Shown here piece by piece: positions 40,875 to 51,359 of a stretch of 64,000 nucleotides of DNA (positions are counted from its first letter, which is position 1; every line of letters starts with the position of its first letter). Below the pieces are notes generated by a model, which made no database searches, was not told the DNA's origin, and saw only the letters and a program-made list of their open reading frames with translations. This DNA is from Myxococcota bacterium. Its GTDB lineage: Bacteria; Myxococcota_A; UBA796; SXON01. The position numbers were made by a program, and so were the translations under genes. The stretch is taken from assembly GCA_040386535.1 (NCBI GenBank), contig JAZKFH010000053.1, positions 1 through 64,000 of the forward strand, given 5' to 3'.

Positions 40875-43800
40875 TCAACCTTCCGCGAGCAACGCCAGCA
40901 GATCCTCTGTCGCCAGCCGCCCGTCCGCGCCGTCGAGCAGGCTGGTCGCGAGGTCGCGCTTTGCATGGTGCAACGCGACGATGCGCTCCTCGATCGTGCC
41001 GACGGACACCATGCGGTAGATGGTGACGGGCCGCTGCTGGCCGATGCGGTGGGCGCGATCGGAGGCCTGGTCCTCGACGGCGGGGTTCCACCAGGGGTCG
41101 AGGTGCACCACGTAGTCGGCGGCGGTGAGGTTCAGGCCGGTGCCGCCCGCCTTGAGGCTGATGAGGAACAAGTCGCCTTCGCCCGACTGGAACGCCCGGA
41201 CGGCGCGCGCGCGCTCGGCGGTGGACGTGCCGCCGTCGAGGTACTGGTAGGCGATGCCGCGCGCGTCGAGCACCTCGCGGACGAGCGCGAGGTGGCGCAC
41301 GAACTGGCTGAAGACGAGCGCCTTGTGCCCGCCGGCGCGGAGGGTGTCGACCAGCTCGGTGAGCGCCGCGAGCTTGGCGCTGGAGGGGGCGTCCGCGGCG
41401 CCGTCGTCGAGCACGAGGCGAACGTTGCACGCGGCCTGGCGCAGCCGGGTGATCTCGGCCAGCACGCGGAAGCGCCACGTGGGGCCGCGGTCGGCGGCGG
41501 CGGTGAGCGCGTCGAGGGCGCGGCGGCGGAGGGCCTCGTAGAGCGCGGCCTCCTCGGCGGAGAGCTCGACGCGGAGCGTCACCTCGGTGCGGGGCGGCAG
41601 CTCGCGGAGCACATCCGCCTTCGTACGGCGCAGGATGAAGGGGCGCACGATCCGTCGCAACGCGGCGCTGGCATGGGGGTCGTGATCGCGCTCGATGGGG
41701 AGCTGGAAGCGCGTCCGGAACTCGGCCTCGGTGCCGAGCAGGCCGGGGTTGAGGAAACGCAGGAGGCTCCACAACTCGCCGAGGTGGTTCTCGACCGGGG
41801 TGCCGCTGCAGATGACGCGGAAGTCGGCGTCGAGGCGCACCGCGGCCTTGAAGCGCTGGGTGCCGCTGTTCTTGATCTGCTGGCCCTCGTCGAGCACGAG
41901 CGTGTGCCAACGTTGGGCGGCGAGGCGGTCGACCTCGCTCTGGAGCAGGCCGTAGCTGCACACCAGCACGGTGAAGGGCCCGGCGGCGGCGAGGGTGGCG
42001 TCGCGATCGCCGTCGCCGAAGCGCCGCACGTCGAGCGTGGGCGCGAAGCGGAGCGCCTCGTCGAGCCAGCCGCCGCACACCGAGGTGGGCGCGATGACGA
42101 GCGCGGGGCCGTCGGGCGCGCGTCGCAACAGGAGGGTGAGGGTCTGGAGGGTCTTGCCGACGCCCATGTCGTCCGCGAGGCAGGCGCCCGCGCCACGTTC
42201 GGCGAGGCGGCACAACCACCGGTACCCGTCGACCTGGTAGGGGCGGAGCGTGGCGGCGAGGGTGGAGGGCACGTCGAACGTGGCGGCTTCGGCGGTGGCG
42301 ATGCGCTTGACGAGGGCGCGGAAAGCCGCGTCGGCGCCGACGGTGCCGCCCTCGGCCGTGAGCTCGTCGACCACGGGCGCGACGAGCGGGTGGAAGCGGA
42401 GCTTGCCGCCGCGCAGGCTCCCCGAGCGGCGCAGGAGCTCCAGGCGCTCGCGGAACCCCTCGGTGAGCGCGGCGAAGCGGCCGTCGCCGAGGCGGACGAA
42501 ACGCCCGGGCGAGGTGTCCATCAGCGCGAGGAGGGCTTCGAGCTCGAACGACGTGGTCTCGTCGAAGCGGAGGCTCCCGCTCGCGGCGAACCACTCGCCG
42601 TCCTTCTTCACCTGGAGGTGGAGCGCGCCGGGGCCGAGCTCGTGCACGCGGCGGACCGGCATCGTCGCGGGCCACTCCAGGGCCACGGCGTCGCCGAGGC
42701 GGCCGAGATCGAGGAGCGCGGAGAGCGACGCGTCGTCGTCTTCGAACGTCCACTCGGAGCCGCCGGCGCCCCGCAACGACGGGCACGCCTCCACCAACCC
42801 CGCGAGGACGCGGCCCTCCTCGGCGAGGTCCCGCTCGGCCTGCACCGGCTCGCCTGCCTGGCGCGACAACACCGTGGCGGCGCCCTCGCCGAGGGGGAGC
42901 ACGGGGCCTGCCGCGCCGAGCGGGCGCACCACGAAGCGGACCCGGAGGCCCGCGCCAGCCGGCGAGAGCTGGGCGATCGGGGAGGCGTTCGCGGGGACGC
43001 TGCGCGCGCCCCACCCGCGGAGGCCCGCGTGGACGGACACCTGGGCCGAGAGCGTCTCGACGACCGCGCGCAGCTCGGCCTCGGCCGAGGCGGGGAGGCG
43101 CAGCTCCCCTTCGAGCACCTTGGCGACCTGGCGGTGGGTGTCGCCGAGGATGACCAGCTCGAGCGCGTCGGGACCCACGCGACGTACGGCGACGAGGGAG
43201 GACGCCGGCGGATCCAGGCGGACCACGATGTCCGCGCCGCTCCGCTCGATGACCAGCGCGGGCTCGCCGCGGCCGAGGCTCACCGGGGCGCCCGAATCGG
43301 CCCACACCAGCAGCGGGTGGCCCACCAGCGCGAGCAGCGCGCCCACCTCGTTGAACGAGTAGGTGACCTCCTCGTAGCCGCTGTAGTTGCGCTCGGCGTG
43401 GCGCTTGATGTGCGCGATGACCTTTCGGTCCTGCTCGGTCACGTAGTCGAAGTCGGCGAGGCCCTCGTGCAGCCGCTTCAATGCGATCGGGCGGCCGCCT
43501 GTCCAGCCGGTACCGCTCGCCTTCTGCTCGCGCGGCGCGAACAGGAGGGTGGTGCCGCCGTGGAGCGTGAGGAACCACACCATACGCAGGCCCTTCGCCT
43601 CCGGGGCCGGCGTCGCGACGGGCGCCGGGGCCGCGACGACACGGGCGAGCGCCTCGAGCTTCATCCGCCACGGCTCGCGGGCGCGCACCAGGGCGCGGAG
43701 CGTGGAGGTCCCGCCGTTGCGCAGCGCGGCGGCTTCGCGGCTCGCCCAGGTGAGGCCTGAGGCCTCCGCCTTCGCCCCGAACGTGGCGATGCGCGCGGCG

Positions 43801-44894
43801 AGCTCCTTCGGCACCGGGGCGTTCACCCACACGCGCGCGAGCCCCTCGAAGAGCGCGGTGATGTCGGTGCGCTTGGAGGAGATCCACTCGCTGAACGCGG
43901 GGGCGGCGCCGCTCGCGAGGTGCGCCGGGACGTGCGCCAGGTCCTGGAAGACCTTCGCGCCCGCGCGGTCGGGGCGCGCCAGCCAGGTCTGCGCGCGCTG
44001 CAACGCCTCGGCGCTGCCGATGGCGAGCAGGGCGGCGATGTACAGGAGAGCGTCCGTGTCGCTCGGGGGCGTTTTCCCACGCGCCTTCTCGGCCCGCTCG
44101 AAGGTGGCGCGCGCCTCTTCGAAGGCGCCCCGGCCGAGCTTCACGCGCGCACGGACCACCAGCGCCGCGGGCGTGTCGATGTCGCGAAGGGTGGCCTCCG
44201 CTTCGTCGGGCAGGCCGCGCCACCAGAGGTCGTCCGCCCACCCGGTGCGGACGGGGTCGGACGCGGTGGCGAGGTGGGCCGGCATCCGGGCGCGGATCGC
44301 CACCCGGGCTGCGAGGACCTCCTCGGAGAGCGCGATGGGATCGCTGTCGCGGTACACCTCGCGGGCAAGGCGGTCGAACAGGGCCGGCGTCAGGGCGTCG
44401 AGCGGCGCGCTCCCGGGGCCGGTCAGGAAGGCGAGGAGGGGGGAGCCCCCGAGCAGGGGCCCCCACTCGTCCCATGCGGCGGCGGTCGCGTCCTGGCCCT
44501 CGGTGTAGAAGCGGGTGCGGAGGGCGCGGATGACCTCGTCCCGGTCGCGGAACAGGCGCGCGTGCGCCGGCTCGGGGAGGGCGCGCAGCACCGCCGCGGT
44601 GGTCGCCTCGAAGCTGCCTCCGGCGACCAGCTCACGCACGACCGGCTCGCGGAGATGCGCCGCGCAGCGTGGGCGCACGGGTTGGGTGATGTGCCCGTCC
44701 TCGCCCAGCTTCGCCAGGAAGGGCGCGAGGAAGGGCGCGGTCCACGCCTTGCCGTTCGGAGCGCGCGACTTGAGCGCCGCGAGCACCTTGCACAGGTTCG
44801 TCGGCGTGATGTCGCCGTGGCAGACGGCAAGGACGTCGAGGATCGTGCGGGAGGGCTCGAGGAGCACGGGGAGGGCGGCGTCGCGCGGGACCAT
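40875..44894 (-). CDS. Large SNF2/SWI2-family helicase
   Basis: LRPYQ, LADDMGVGKT, LDEGQQIKN, SGTPVENHL, LVFSQF, LKAGGTGLNL, WWNPAVEDQASDRAHRIGQ. Confidence 0.95.
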   Translation of the reverse strand: MVPRDAALPVLLEPSRTILDVLAVCHGDITPTNLCKVLAALKSRAPNGKAWTAPFLAPFLAKLGEDGHITQPVRPRCAAHLREPVVRELVAGGSFEATTAAVLRALPEPAHARLFRDRDEVIRALRTRFYTEGQDATAAAWDEWGPLLGGSPLLAFLTGPGSAPLDALTPALFDRLAREVYRDSDPIALSEEVLAARVAIRARMPAHLATASDPVRTGWADDLWWRGLPDEAEATLRDIDTPAALVVRARVKLGRGAFEEARATFERAEKARGKTPPSDTDALLYIAALLAIGSAEALQRAQTWLARPDRAGAKVFQDLAHVPAHLASGAAPAFSEWISSKRTDITALFEGLARVWVNAPVPKELAARIATFGAKAEASGLTWASREAAALRNGGTSTLRALVRAREPWRMKLEALARVVAAPAPVATPAPEAKGLRMVWFLTLHGGTTLLFAPREQKASGTGWTGGRPIALKRLHEGLADFDYVTEQDRKVIAHIKRHAERNYSGYEEVTYSFNEVGALLALVGHPLLVWADSGAPVSLGRGEPALVIERSGADIVVRLDPPASSLVAVRRVGPDALELVILGDTHRQVAKVLEGELRLPASAEAELRAVVETLSAQVSVHAGLRGWGARSVPANASPIAQLSPAGAGLRVRFVVRPLGAAGPVLPLGEGAATVLSRQAGEPVQAERDLAEEGRVLAGLVEACPSLRGAGGSEWTFEDDDASLSALLDLGRLGDAVALEWPATMPVRRVHELGPGALHLQVKKDGEWFAASGSLRFDETTSFELEALLALMDTSPGRFVRLGDGRFAALTEGFRERLELLRRSGSLRGGKLRFHPLVAPVVDELTAEGGTVGADAAFRALVKRIATAEAATFDVPSTLAATLRPYQVDGYRWLCRLAERGAGACLADDMGVGKTLQTLTLLLRRAPDGPALVIAPTSVCGGWLDEALRFAPTLDVRRFGDGDRDATLAAAGPFTVLVCSYGLLQSEVDRLAAQRWHTLVLDEGQQIKNSGTQRFKAAVRLDADFRVICSGTPVENHLGELWSLLRFLNPGLLGTEAEFRTRFQLPIERDHDPHASAALRRIVRPFILRRTKADVLRELPPRTEVTLRVELSAEEAALYEALRRRALDALTAAADRGPTWRFRVLAEITRLRQAACNVRLVLDDGAADAPSSAKLAALTELVDTLRAGGHKALVFSQFVRHLALVREVLDARGIAYQYLDGGTSTAERARAVRAFQSGEGDLFLISLKAGGTGLNLTAADYVVHLDPWWNPAVEDQASDRAHRIGQQRPVTIYRMVSVGTIEERIVALHHAKRDLATSLLDGADGRLATEDLLALLAEG

Positions 44895-44989
44895 GGTTCG
44901 TCCGGAAGCGTTCGGCGCGTAACCGACGCCGAGGCGCGCGCGGGCGCGTCACGCTTGCAAGCGCGGCCCGCACCGGCGAGCATGGTGGG

Positions 44990-45565
44990 GTGACCCTGCT
45001 CTTCCTCGTGTTCGCGTGCGCTTCGCCGTCGGCGCCGGTCGCTCCTGTTTCCACCGCATCGTCGGCCGAGGGCGACCGTCCCTTCGCCGGCACCGGCACG
45101 TGGGACCTCGAGGGCCGCGCCATCACGCTGACGGCGGGCACCCTTTACGCCGACGGGCTGCCGATCCTCGCCCATGTCTACGGCGATCCCGTGGCGGGTG
45201 AGAAGGTGCTCTGGGTGCCCGCGGATCCCGGCGAAGGGGACGGTGGCATCTACGCGGTCCGCATCCACGACGGCGAGGCGCTCGTGATGCCGCTCCTCAC
45301 GACGGGGAGGCCCGACCGCCTCGCGCTCTCGCCCGACGGCGCGACGCTCGTGTACGTGGGCGGGCATTCGGGGATCGCGAGCGTGTGGGCGGTCCCGACG
45401 GTGGCGGGGGCGCCGCGGCAGCTCACGAACGTCGGCGTGCTCCCGACGCCGGGCGGCGCACCGGAGGGCTTCGTCCCGCCCCCCGAGCGTGGTCCCGTGC
45501 GCTTCGACGGGGCGCGGATCGTGTGGACGGCCGAGGGCGCCGAGCGGACCGCGACGTGGCGTTGA
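44990..45565 (+). CDS. PD40/TolB-like repeat lipoprotein
   Basis: Lipobox VFAC; LALSPDGATLVYV...SGIASVW...RQLTNVG...FVPPP; paralog of 48912..49592. Confidence 0.75.
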   Translation: MTLLFLVFACASPSAPVAPVSTASSAEGDRPFAGTGTWDLEGRAITLTAGTLYADGLPILAHVYGDPVAGEKVLWVPADPGEGDGGIYAVRIHDGEALVMPLLTTGRPDRLALSPDGATLVYVGGHSGIASVWAVPTVAGAPRQLTNVGVLPTPGGAPEGFVPPPERGPVRFDGARIVWTAEGAERTATWR

Positions 45566-46782
45566 TCCTCTCGCTCGGGGTCGCCCTCCTCGGGAGCGCC
45601 GCCGCCCAGGACTACGCCTTCCCGAGCTCCGCCGAGGACTACGCCAACTTCTACCCGACCGCCTACAAGGACCACGGCGACGTGACCGACTGGAACTGCG
45701 GGAGCAACTCCTACAGCGGCCACCGCGGGTCCGATTACGGCGGGGGCAGCTGGACGGGGATGGACGCGGGGCGCGACATCACCGCGTCCGCGGCGGGCAC
45801 GGTCGTCGCGACCAACGATGGCGCGTACGATCGATGTGACACCGGCGACTGCGAGGGTGGCGGCGGGTTCGGCAACTACGTGAAGATCCAGCACGCCGAC
45901 GGCAAGGCCACCTACTACGCGCACATGAAGACGTGGAGCGTGGCGGTCGCGACGGGGCAGACGGTCGCGTGCGGCCAGAAGCTCGGCGAGATGGGCTCCT
46001 CGGGCAGCTCCACGGGGCCGCACGTGCACTTCGAGGTGCGCGAGTCGAGCGGCTCCTCCTCGGATCCGTTCGACGGCCCGTGCTCCGCGCCGCCGTCGTA
46101 CTGGGTCGACCAGGGCGCGTGGGGCGGCTTGCCGTCGCTGGTGTGTGAGGACGTGCCGGCCTGCACCGTGGTCGACCGCTTGCGCTGCGGCCAGACCCTC
46201 ACCTCCGCCAACAACGCCGGCGGCGCCACGAGCAGCCACGCCTCCTACGGCTGCGGCGAGTACAGCTACTCCGGGCCCGAGATCGCCTACGAGTTCGCGA
46301 CGGACCTCGCCGAGGGCGTGACGATCTCGTTGTCGGGGCACGGCGCCGACCTCGACCTGTTCGTGCTCACCTCCGAGGCGTGTGACGGCGGTGGCGCCGT
46401 CGGCTGCAGCACGAACCCGAACGCGGACGCCGAGGGCGTGGCCTTCACCGCGACGGCCGGCCAGCGCTACGTCGTGGTACTCGACGGCTACGAGGGCGCC
46501 ACGAGCGCGTTCTCGCTCACGGCGTCGTGCGCGGGCGGCTACCCCGGGGAGGCCGTGCCGGTCGACACCGCGGACACCGACGTGGTCCCCCCCGTGGACA
46601 CCGCGGCGGACACCGCGGACACCGACGTGCCCGCCACCGACGTCACCGGACGCGGCGTGGCCGGCGTCCACGAGCGCCCCGCCGACTGGGTGCGCCTCGA
46701 CGAGATCGGCTGCGGCGGCTCGGCGGCCGGGGTGCTCCTCGGGGTGGGGCTGCTCGGGCGGGTGCGTCGCCGCCGGGCCTGA
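45562..46782 (+). CDS. Secreted M23 family metallopeptidase with PPC-like domain and MYXO-CTERM-like tail
   Basis: HRGSD, GNYVKIQH, YAHM, GSSGSSTGPHVHFEVR; C-terminal GC-TM-RRRR; start 45556 or 45562. Confidence 0.88.
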   Translation: MILSLGVALLGSAAAQDYAFPSSAEDYANFYPTAYKDHGDVTDWNCGSNSYSGHRGSDYGGGSWTGMDAGRDITASAAGTVVATNDGAYDRCDTGDCEGGGGFGNYVKIQHADGKATYYAHMKTWSVAVATGQTVACGQKLGEMGSSGSSTGPHVHFEVRESSGSSSDPFDGPCSAPPSYWVDQGAWGGLPSLVCEDVPACTVVDRLRCGQTLTSANNAGGATSSHASYGCGEYSYSGPEIAYEFATDLAEGVTISLSGHGADLDLFVLTSEACDGGGAVGCSTNPNADAEGVAFTATAGQRYVVVLDGYEGATSAFSLTASCAGGYPGEAVPVDTADTDVVPPVDTAADTADTDVPATDVTGRGVAGVHERPADWVRLDEIGCGGSAAGVLLGVGLLGRVRRRRA

Positions 46783-46800
46783 GCCCGAGGGCCCGCCCTC

Positions 46801-48915
46801 TCACCGCCGCCGTCGCCCCACCATCACCAGGCCCACCAACCCGAGCCACACCGGGCCCGCGACGCTCCCGCACACGGCCGCCCCCCAGCCCTCCGCGTGC
46901 TCGAAGACGCCGTCGCAGTCGCCGTCCCAGCCGTCCACCTGCTCGCGGGCGCCGGGGAACGTGTGGGCGTTGCCGTCGTCGCAATCACCTTCGCGCTCGG
47001 TCCAGCCGTCGCCGTCGTCGTCGAAGCCGGGGGTCTCGTCGTCCACGATCCCGTCGCAGTCGTCGTCGCGGCCGTTCTCGAGCTCGGGCGCCCCCGCGAA
47101 CGCCTCGGCGCGTTTGTCGTCACAGTCGTGGGCCGCCTCGGTCCAGCCGTCGCCGTCGTCATCGAACGCGTCCGTGCCGTCGTCGATCAGCACGTTGCAG
47201 TTCTCGTCGGTCCCGTCGATGCGCTCGACCGCGCCGGGGAAGGTGAGGGGCGCGCCGTCGTCACAATCGCCGGCGTCCTCGGTCCAGCCGTCGTGATCGT
47301 CGTCGGACACGGCGGTGCTCTCGTCCACCAGGAAGTCGCAGTCGTCGTCCTTCCCGTTGACGAGCTCCCGGGCGAGCGGGAACGTGCCGGCGTCGGTGTC
47401 GTCGCAATCGCCGTCCTGCTCGGAGAATCCGTCGGCGTCGTCGTCCACGACCGCGGTGCCCTCGTCCACGCCGCCGTCGCAGTCGTTGTCCGCCCCGTCC
47501 GCGATCTCGGGCGCGCCGGGGAACGCGTGGCGGTCGGCGTCGTCGCAGTCGCCGTCCTGGGTGGTGAAGCTGTCGCCGTCGTCGTCGCCGCGGGTGGAGC
47601 CCTCGTCCACGACGCCGTCACAGTCGCCGTCGTAGCCGTCCGCGCTCTCGTGGCCGCCGGGGTAGCGCAGCGCGTCGGCGTCGTCACAGTCGCCCTGGCG
47701 CTCCGTCCAGCCGTCGCCGTCGTCGTCGACCGCGATCGTGTCCTCGTCGACCACGCCGTCGCAGTCGTCGTCGCCACCGTCGGGTTGTTCGGGCGCGGCG
47801 GGGAAGGTGAAGCTGTCGGCGTCGTCGCAGTCGCCGCCCGCCTCGGTCCATCCGTCCGCGTCGTCGTCGTAGGCCGCGGTGCCGTCGTCCACCCGCCAGT
47901 CGCAGTCCTGGTCGACGCCGTCCACCGTCTCCTCGGCGCCCGGATGCCGCGTCGGATCGAGGTCGTCGCAGTCGCCATCGCAGGTGCGGTAGCCGTCCCC
48001 GTCGACCTCGTAGCCCTCGTCGACATCCCCCTCGCAATCGTTGTCCTCGCCGTCGCAGAGCTCGAACGCGCCGGGGTACGTCAGCGCGTTGGTGTCGTCG
48101 CAGTCGGTGTTGTCGGCGAGGTAGCCGGACGGTCGCGAACACGCACGGCGGGCGGCGTCCGGGTCGCCGTAGCCGTCGCCGTCGGCGTCGCGGTACCAGG
48201 TCGGCGCGTCGACCGCGTCGTCCTCGTCGACCGTGCCGTCGCAATCGTCGTCCTGCCCGTCGCAATACTCGGCGGCGCCCGGGTAGACCGTCGCGTTGCC
48301 GTCGTCGCAGTCCTCGGGGAGCGTGTGGCCGTCGCCGTCGGCGTCGATGCTCCCGCACACCAGATCCGGGAGGCCGTTGTAGCCGCCCTGGCCGACCCAG
48401 CTCGTGGACGAGGCGCCGCACCGGCCCGAGAACGGCTCGATCGGCGAGTTCCCGCTCGTGCGCGGCTCGAAATGCAGGTGGGGACCGGTGGAGTTTCCCG
48501 ACGATCCGACCTCGCCGAGCTTCTGGCCGCACGTCACGCGGTCGCCCACGCCGACCGTGACCGTCCACTTGCGGAAGTGCCAGTACATCGTGCGGCGGCC
48601 GTCCGCGTGCGACAGGATCACGTAGTTGGCGGTGCCGCACGTGCCGGTCGAGCACGTGTCGGACTCGCCGTCGTGCGCGGAGATCACGGTGCCGTCGGCC
48701 GCGGCGGTCACGTCGACGCCCGCGGACATGTTGCCCCAGCCGCCGATCGCCATGTCGGTGCCGTTGTGGCCCGAGTAGTAGTTGCCGCCGCAGTTCCAGT
48801 CGCGGCTGCCCTCGTCTTTGTAGGCCGACACGCCGAAGTAGTGCAGGTCCTCCTCGGTGGTCGGCATCGAGTAGCTCTGCGCGTGCGCGAGCAAACCGGC
48901 GAACAGGACGATCAC
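46801..48915 (-). CDS. Secreted M23 metallopeptidase with 10 MopE-like (putative metal-binding) repeats and a C-terminal anchor
   Basis: HNGTD, GSSGNSTGPHLHFE; ten DxDGDG..DCDD..PGA.E..DG.DxDCDG repeats; C-TM-RRRR tail. Confidence 0.9.
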   Translation of the reverse strand: MIVLFAGLLAHAQSYSMPTTEEDLHYFGVSAYKDEGSRDWNCGGNYYSGHNGTDMAIGGWGNMSAGVDVTAAADGTVISAHDGESDTCSTGTCGTANYVILSHADGRRTMYWHFRKWTVTVGVGDRVTCGQKLGEVGSSGNSTGPHLHFEPRTSGNSPIEPFSGRCGASSTSWVGQGGYNGLPDLVCGSIDADGDGHTLPEDCDDGNATVYPGAAEYCDGQDDDCDGTVDEDDAVDAPTWYRDADGDGYGDPDAARRACSRPSGYLADNTDCDDTNALTYPGAFELCDGEDNDCEGDVDEGYEVDGDGYRTCDGDCDDLDPTRHPGAEETVDGVDQDCDWRVDDGTAAYDDDADGWTEAGGDCDDADSFTFPAAPEQPDGGDDDCDGVVDEDTIAVDDDGDGWTERQGDCDDADALRYPGGHESADGYDGDCDGVVDEGSTRGDDDGDSFTTQDGDCDDADRHAFPGAPEIADGADNDCDGGVDEGTAVVDDDADGFSEQDGDCDDTDAGTFPLARELVNGKDDDCDFLVDESTAVSDDDHDGWTEDAGDCDDGAPLTFPGAVERIDGTDENCNVLIDDGTDAFDDDGDGWTEAAHDCDDKRAEAFAGAPELENGRDDDCDGIVDDETPGFDDDGDGWTEREGDCDDGNAHTFPGAREQVDGWDGDCDGVFEHAEGWGAAVCGSVAGPVWLGLVGLVMVGRRRR

Positions 48916-49592
48916 GGCACCACCGCGGTGTATGCGACGCCGTCGGCCACCCAGGTCAGCCCGGCCTCGGTCCACGCGTAGGTCGTGCCGTCGGGCGGCG
49001 GGACGAACCCCGTCGGGGCCACGCCGGGGCGCCCGCGGGTGACGCCCACGTTGGTGATCTGGCGGCTGGCGTCCTCGGGGATGGGGAGCCCGTGGGCCTC
49101 GGAGAGGGTCACCACCCACCACGACGCGAGGCCCGTGCGGCCCGAGACGAACGCGAGGCGGCGGCCGTCGGGCGAGAGCACGGGGCGGTCCTCGGAGCCG
49201 GCCCACGTGGTGATCCGCGTCGGAGCGCCGTCGGGGAGGGTGACGCGCCAGAGGTCGGTCTCGACCAGGTCGCCCTGGCGCGCGTAGACGAGCGTGTCGC
49301 CCATCATCGCGACGCGGGGATCCACGAGCGCGTCGAGGACCACCTTGGCGCCGAAGCGCCCGGCGGGGCGCACGGAGAGCCCGCCGCCCTCGGCGACCAC
49401 GGCCTCCCACACGGCGTCGGGCGAGAGGGTGCGGCGGCCGGGCAGGCGGTCCTGGGCGGCGGGGTTCCAGGTGCTCGGAGTGCTGGGGCTCGGCGATCCA
49501 GGCGCCGTCGGCGTCTCCGCGGTGCCGGCCTCACGCGGCTCGCCGGCGGCGCAGGCAGCGAGGAGGATCGTGGCGGCGAGGAGGCGAAGCAC
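48912..49592 (-). CDS. PD40/TolB-like repeat lipoprotein
   Basis: LLAAC lipobox; EDRPVLSPDGRRLAFVSGRTG; RQITNVG...FVPPP; GTGA overlap with the M23 gene. Confidence 0.8.
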   Translation of the reverse strand: MLRLLAATILLAACAAGEPREAGTAETPTAPGSPSPSTPSTWNPAAQDRLPGRRTLSPDAVWEAVVAEGGGLSVRPAGRFGAKVVLDALVDPRVAMMGDTLVYARQGDLVETDLWRVTLPDGAPTRITTWAGSEDRPVLSPDGRRLAFVSGRTGLASWWVVTLSEAHGLPIPEDASRQITNVGVTRGRPGVAPTGFVPPPDGTTYAWTEAGLTWVADGVAYTAVVP

Positions 49593-49857
49593 GGGCTGAT
49601 CCGAGCATTGCACGTCCGGTGCCACGGCGGCGATCGCCGTCCCGACGCCGTTTCGCGCGCGGCTGGGGTGCCGGGGCCGCGGGCGCCGGGGTCGCAGGTG
49701 TGGTGGGGCGGGGGCGATCGGGCCTCGCTCGGGGGGGGATCGGAGGGGGACCCGAGCCGGGATCGGGGCAGCCGGCAGAGCCGCTGCGGCGGCGGGGTGC
49801 CACCGGGGAGGTCGGCGGGTCCACAGTGCGCTCGCGGCCGGCGTTATCGTCTACACC

Positions 49858-50479
49858 ATGGAGACCTCTTCCGAGCGGGCCGATTCGCCACCCGTTCGCA
49901 CCAACGCGACCTATGCCGACGTCGCGGCCGCACCGGAGCACCTCACCGCCGAGCTCATCGACGGGGAGCTCTTCCTGCTGAAGCGCCCGCGGGTGCGCGG
50001 CGCCGTCACCCACGGGGCGATCCTCGCGGACCTGCGCGGTGCCTTCGGCCGTCAGCGGCCGCGCGGCGGCCCGGGTGGATGGCACATCCTCCTCGAGCAG
50101 CAGCTGCACCTCGGCCCGCCGGACGATCCGCTGCGCCTGGTGCTGGTCCCCGACCTCGCCGGGTGGCGCCGGGAGCGGATGCCGGAGGCGCCCGACGAGG
50201 CCGCCGTCGAGCTGGCCCCCGACTGGGTCGGTGAGATCCTCTCGCCCGGGACGGAGCGCCACGAAAATGGACCGCTACGCGCGGGCCGGCGTCGGGTGGG
50301 TCTGGCTGGTCGACCCCGTGGCGCACGCCGTCGAGGTGTACCAGCTCGACGGCGCGACCTATCGGTTCCTCGGGGGCGTCCTCGCGGAGGACACGGCGCG
50401 CCTCCCGCCGTTCGAGGCCGTCGCGTTCGACCTCCGCGAGTGGTGGATCCATCGGGAGCCCGAGCGCATCGAGCCCTGA
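49858..50479 (+). pseudogene. Uma2 family endonuclease, frameshifted at ~50263
   Basis: One frame gives ATYAD...AELIDGEL...PDLAGWRRER...APDWVGEILSPGTERH; a second frame continues KMDRYARAGVGWVWLVDP...LPPFEAV; the conserved DR.. residues are missing. Confidence 0.8.
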
Positions 50480-50550
50480 GCGCGTGCGCGAGAGTCCGCC
50501 TGGGAGCCTGCCTGCGGGCGACCGCGCGCCCGCCGCGCTACCCGGGGCGC

Positions 50551-51327
50551 ATGCCCACTTCTCCCGCCCGCTGGCTCCTCCTCCGTGGCCTCGTCCGCGA
50601 ACGCCGCCACTGGGGCGACTTTCCCGCGCAGCTCGCCGCGCGCACCGGCGCCGAGGTGCTCACGCTCGACCTTCCGGGCGTCGGCACCGAGCGCGATCGG
50701 CCCTCGCCCACGTCCGTCGCGGCGATCGTGGAGGACCTGCGCGCGCGCTGGCTCGCCGCGCGGGGCCCCGAGGCTGGCACCCCGGCGGACACCGGTCCCT
50801 GGCGCCTCTTCGCGCCCTCGCTCGGCGGCATGATCGCGCTGGCGTGGGGCGAGGCGCACCCCGAGGACTTCGCGGGCGTGGTGGTCGCCAACACCTCCGC
50901 GCGTGACATCGCCTCGCTGTTCGAGCGCTTCTCGCCCGCCGCGCTCGGCACGGTCCTGCGCGCGCTCCCGTCGGGCGGCGCCGCCCGCGAGGCCCACATC
51001 CTCGGGCTCGTCTCCAACACCGAGCACGGTCGCGGTCGCGCCGAGGCCTTCGCCGCGTTCGCGAAGGAGTCGCCCATCGGCACCGACGTGCTCGTGCGCC
51101 AGCTGTGGGCGGGATCGCGCGCGACGGCGCCCAAGTCGCTCGCCGTGCCGCTCCTGGTGCTCTGCTCCGACGGCGACCGCTTGTGTCACCCGCGGGCCTC
51201 GCACGCCCTCGGCGCGCGCCTGAACGCGCCGGTGCGCGTGCATCCCGACGCCGGCCATGACCTGCCGTTGGACGCGCCGGAGTGGGTGATGGACCAGCTC
51301 GTGGGGTGGGAGGTCGGGGTGGGGTGA
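50551..51327 (+). CDS. Alpha/beta hydrolase
   Basis: WLLLRGLVRERRHWG, LDLPGVG, PSLGGM, DRL, AGHDLPLD. Confidence 0.88.
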   Translation: MPTSPARWLLLRGLVRERRHWGDFPAQLAARTGAEVLTLDLPGVGTERDRPSPTSVAAIVEDLRARWLAARGPEAGTPADTGPWRLFAPSLGGMIALAWGEAHPEDFAGVVVANTSARDIASLFERFSPAALGTVLRALPSGGAAREAHILGLVSNTEHGRGRAEAFAAFAKESPIGTDVLVRQLWAGSRATAPKSLAVPLLVLCSDGDRLCHPRASHALGARLNAPVRVHPDAGHDLPLDAPEWVMDQLVGWEVGVG

Positions 51328-51359
51328 AGGGGCGCGCGGGGGCTCACGCGGCGCCGAGC

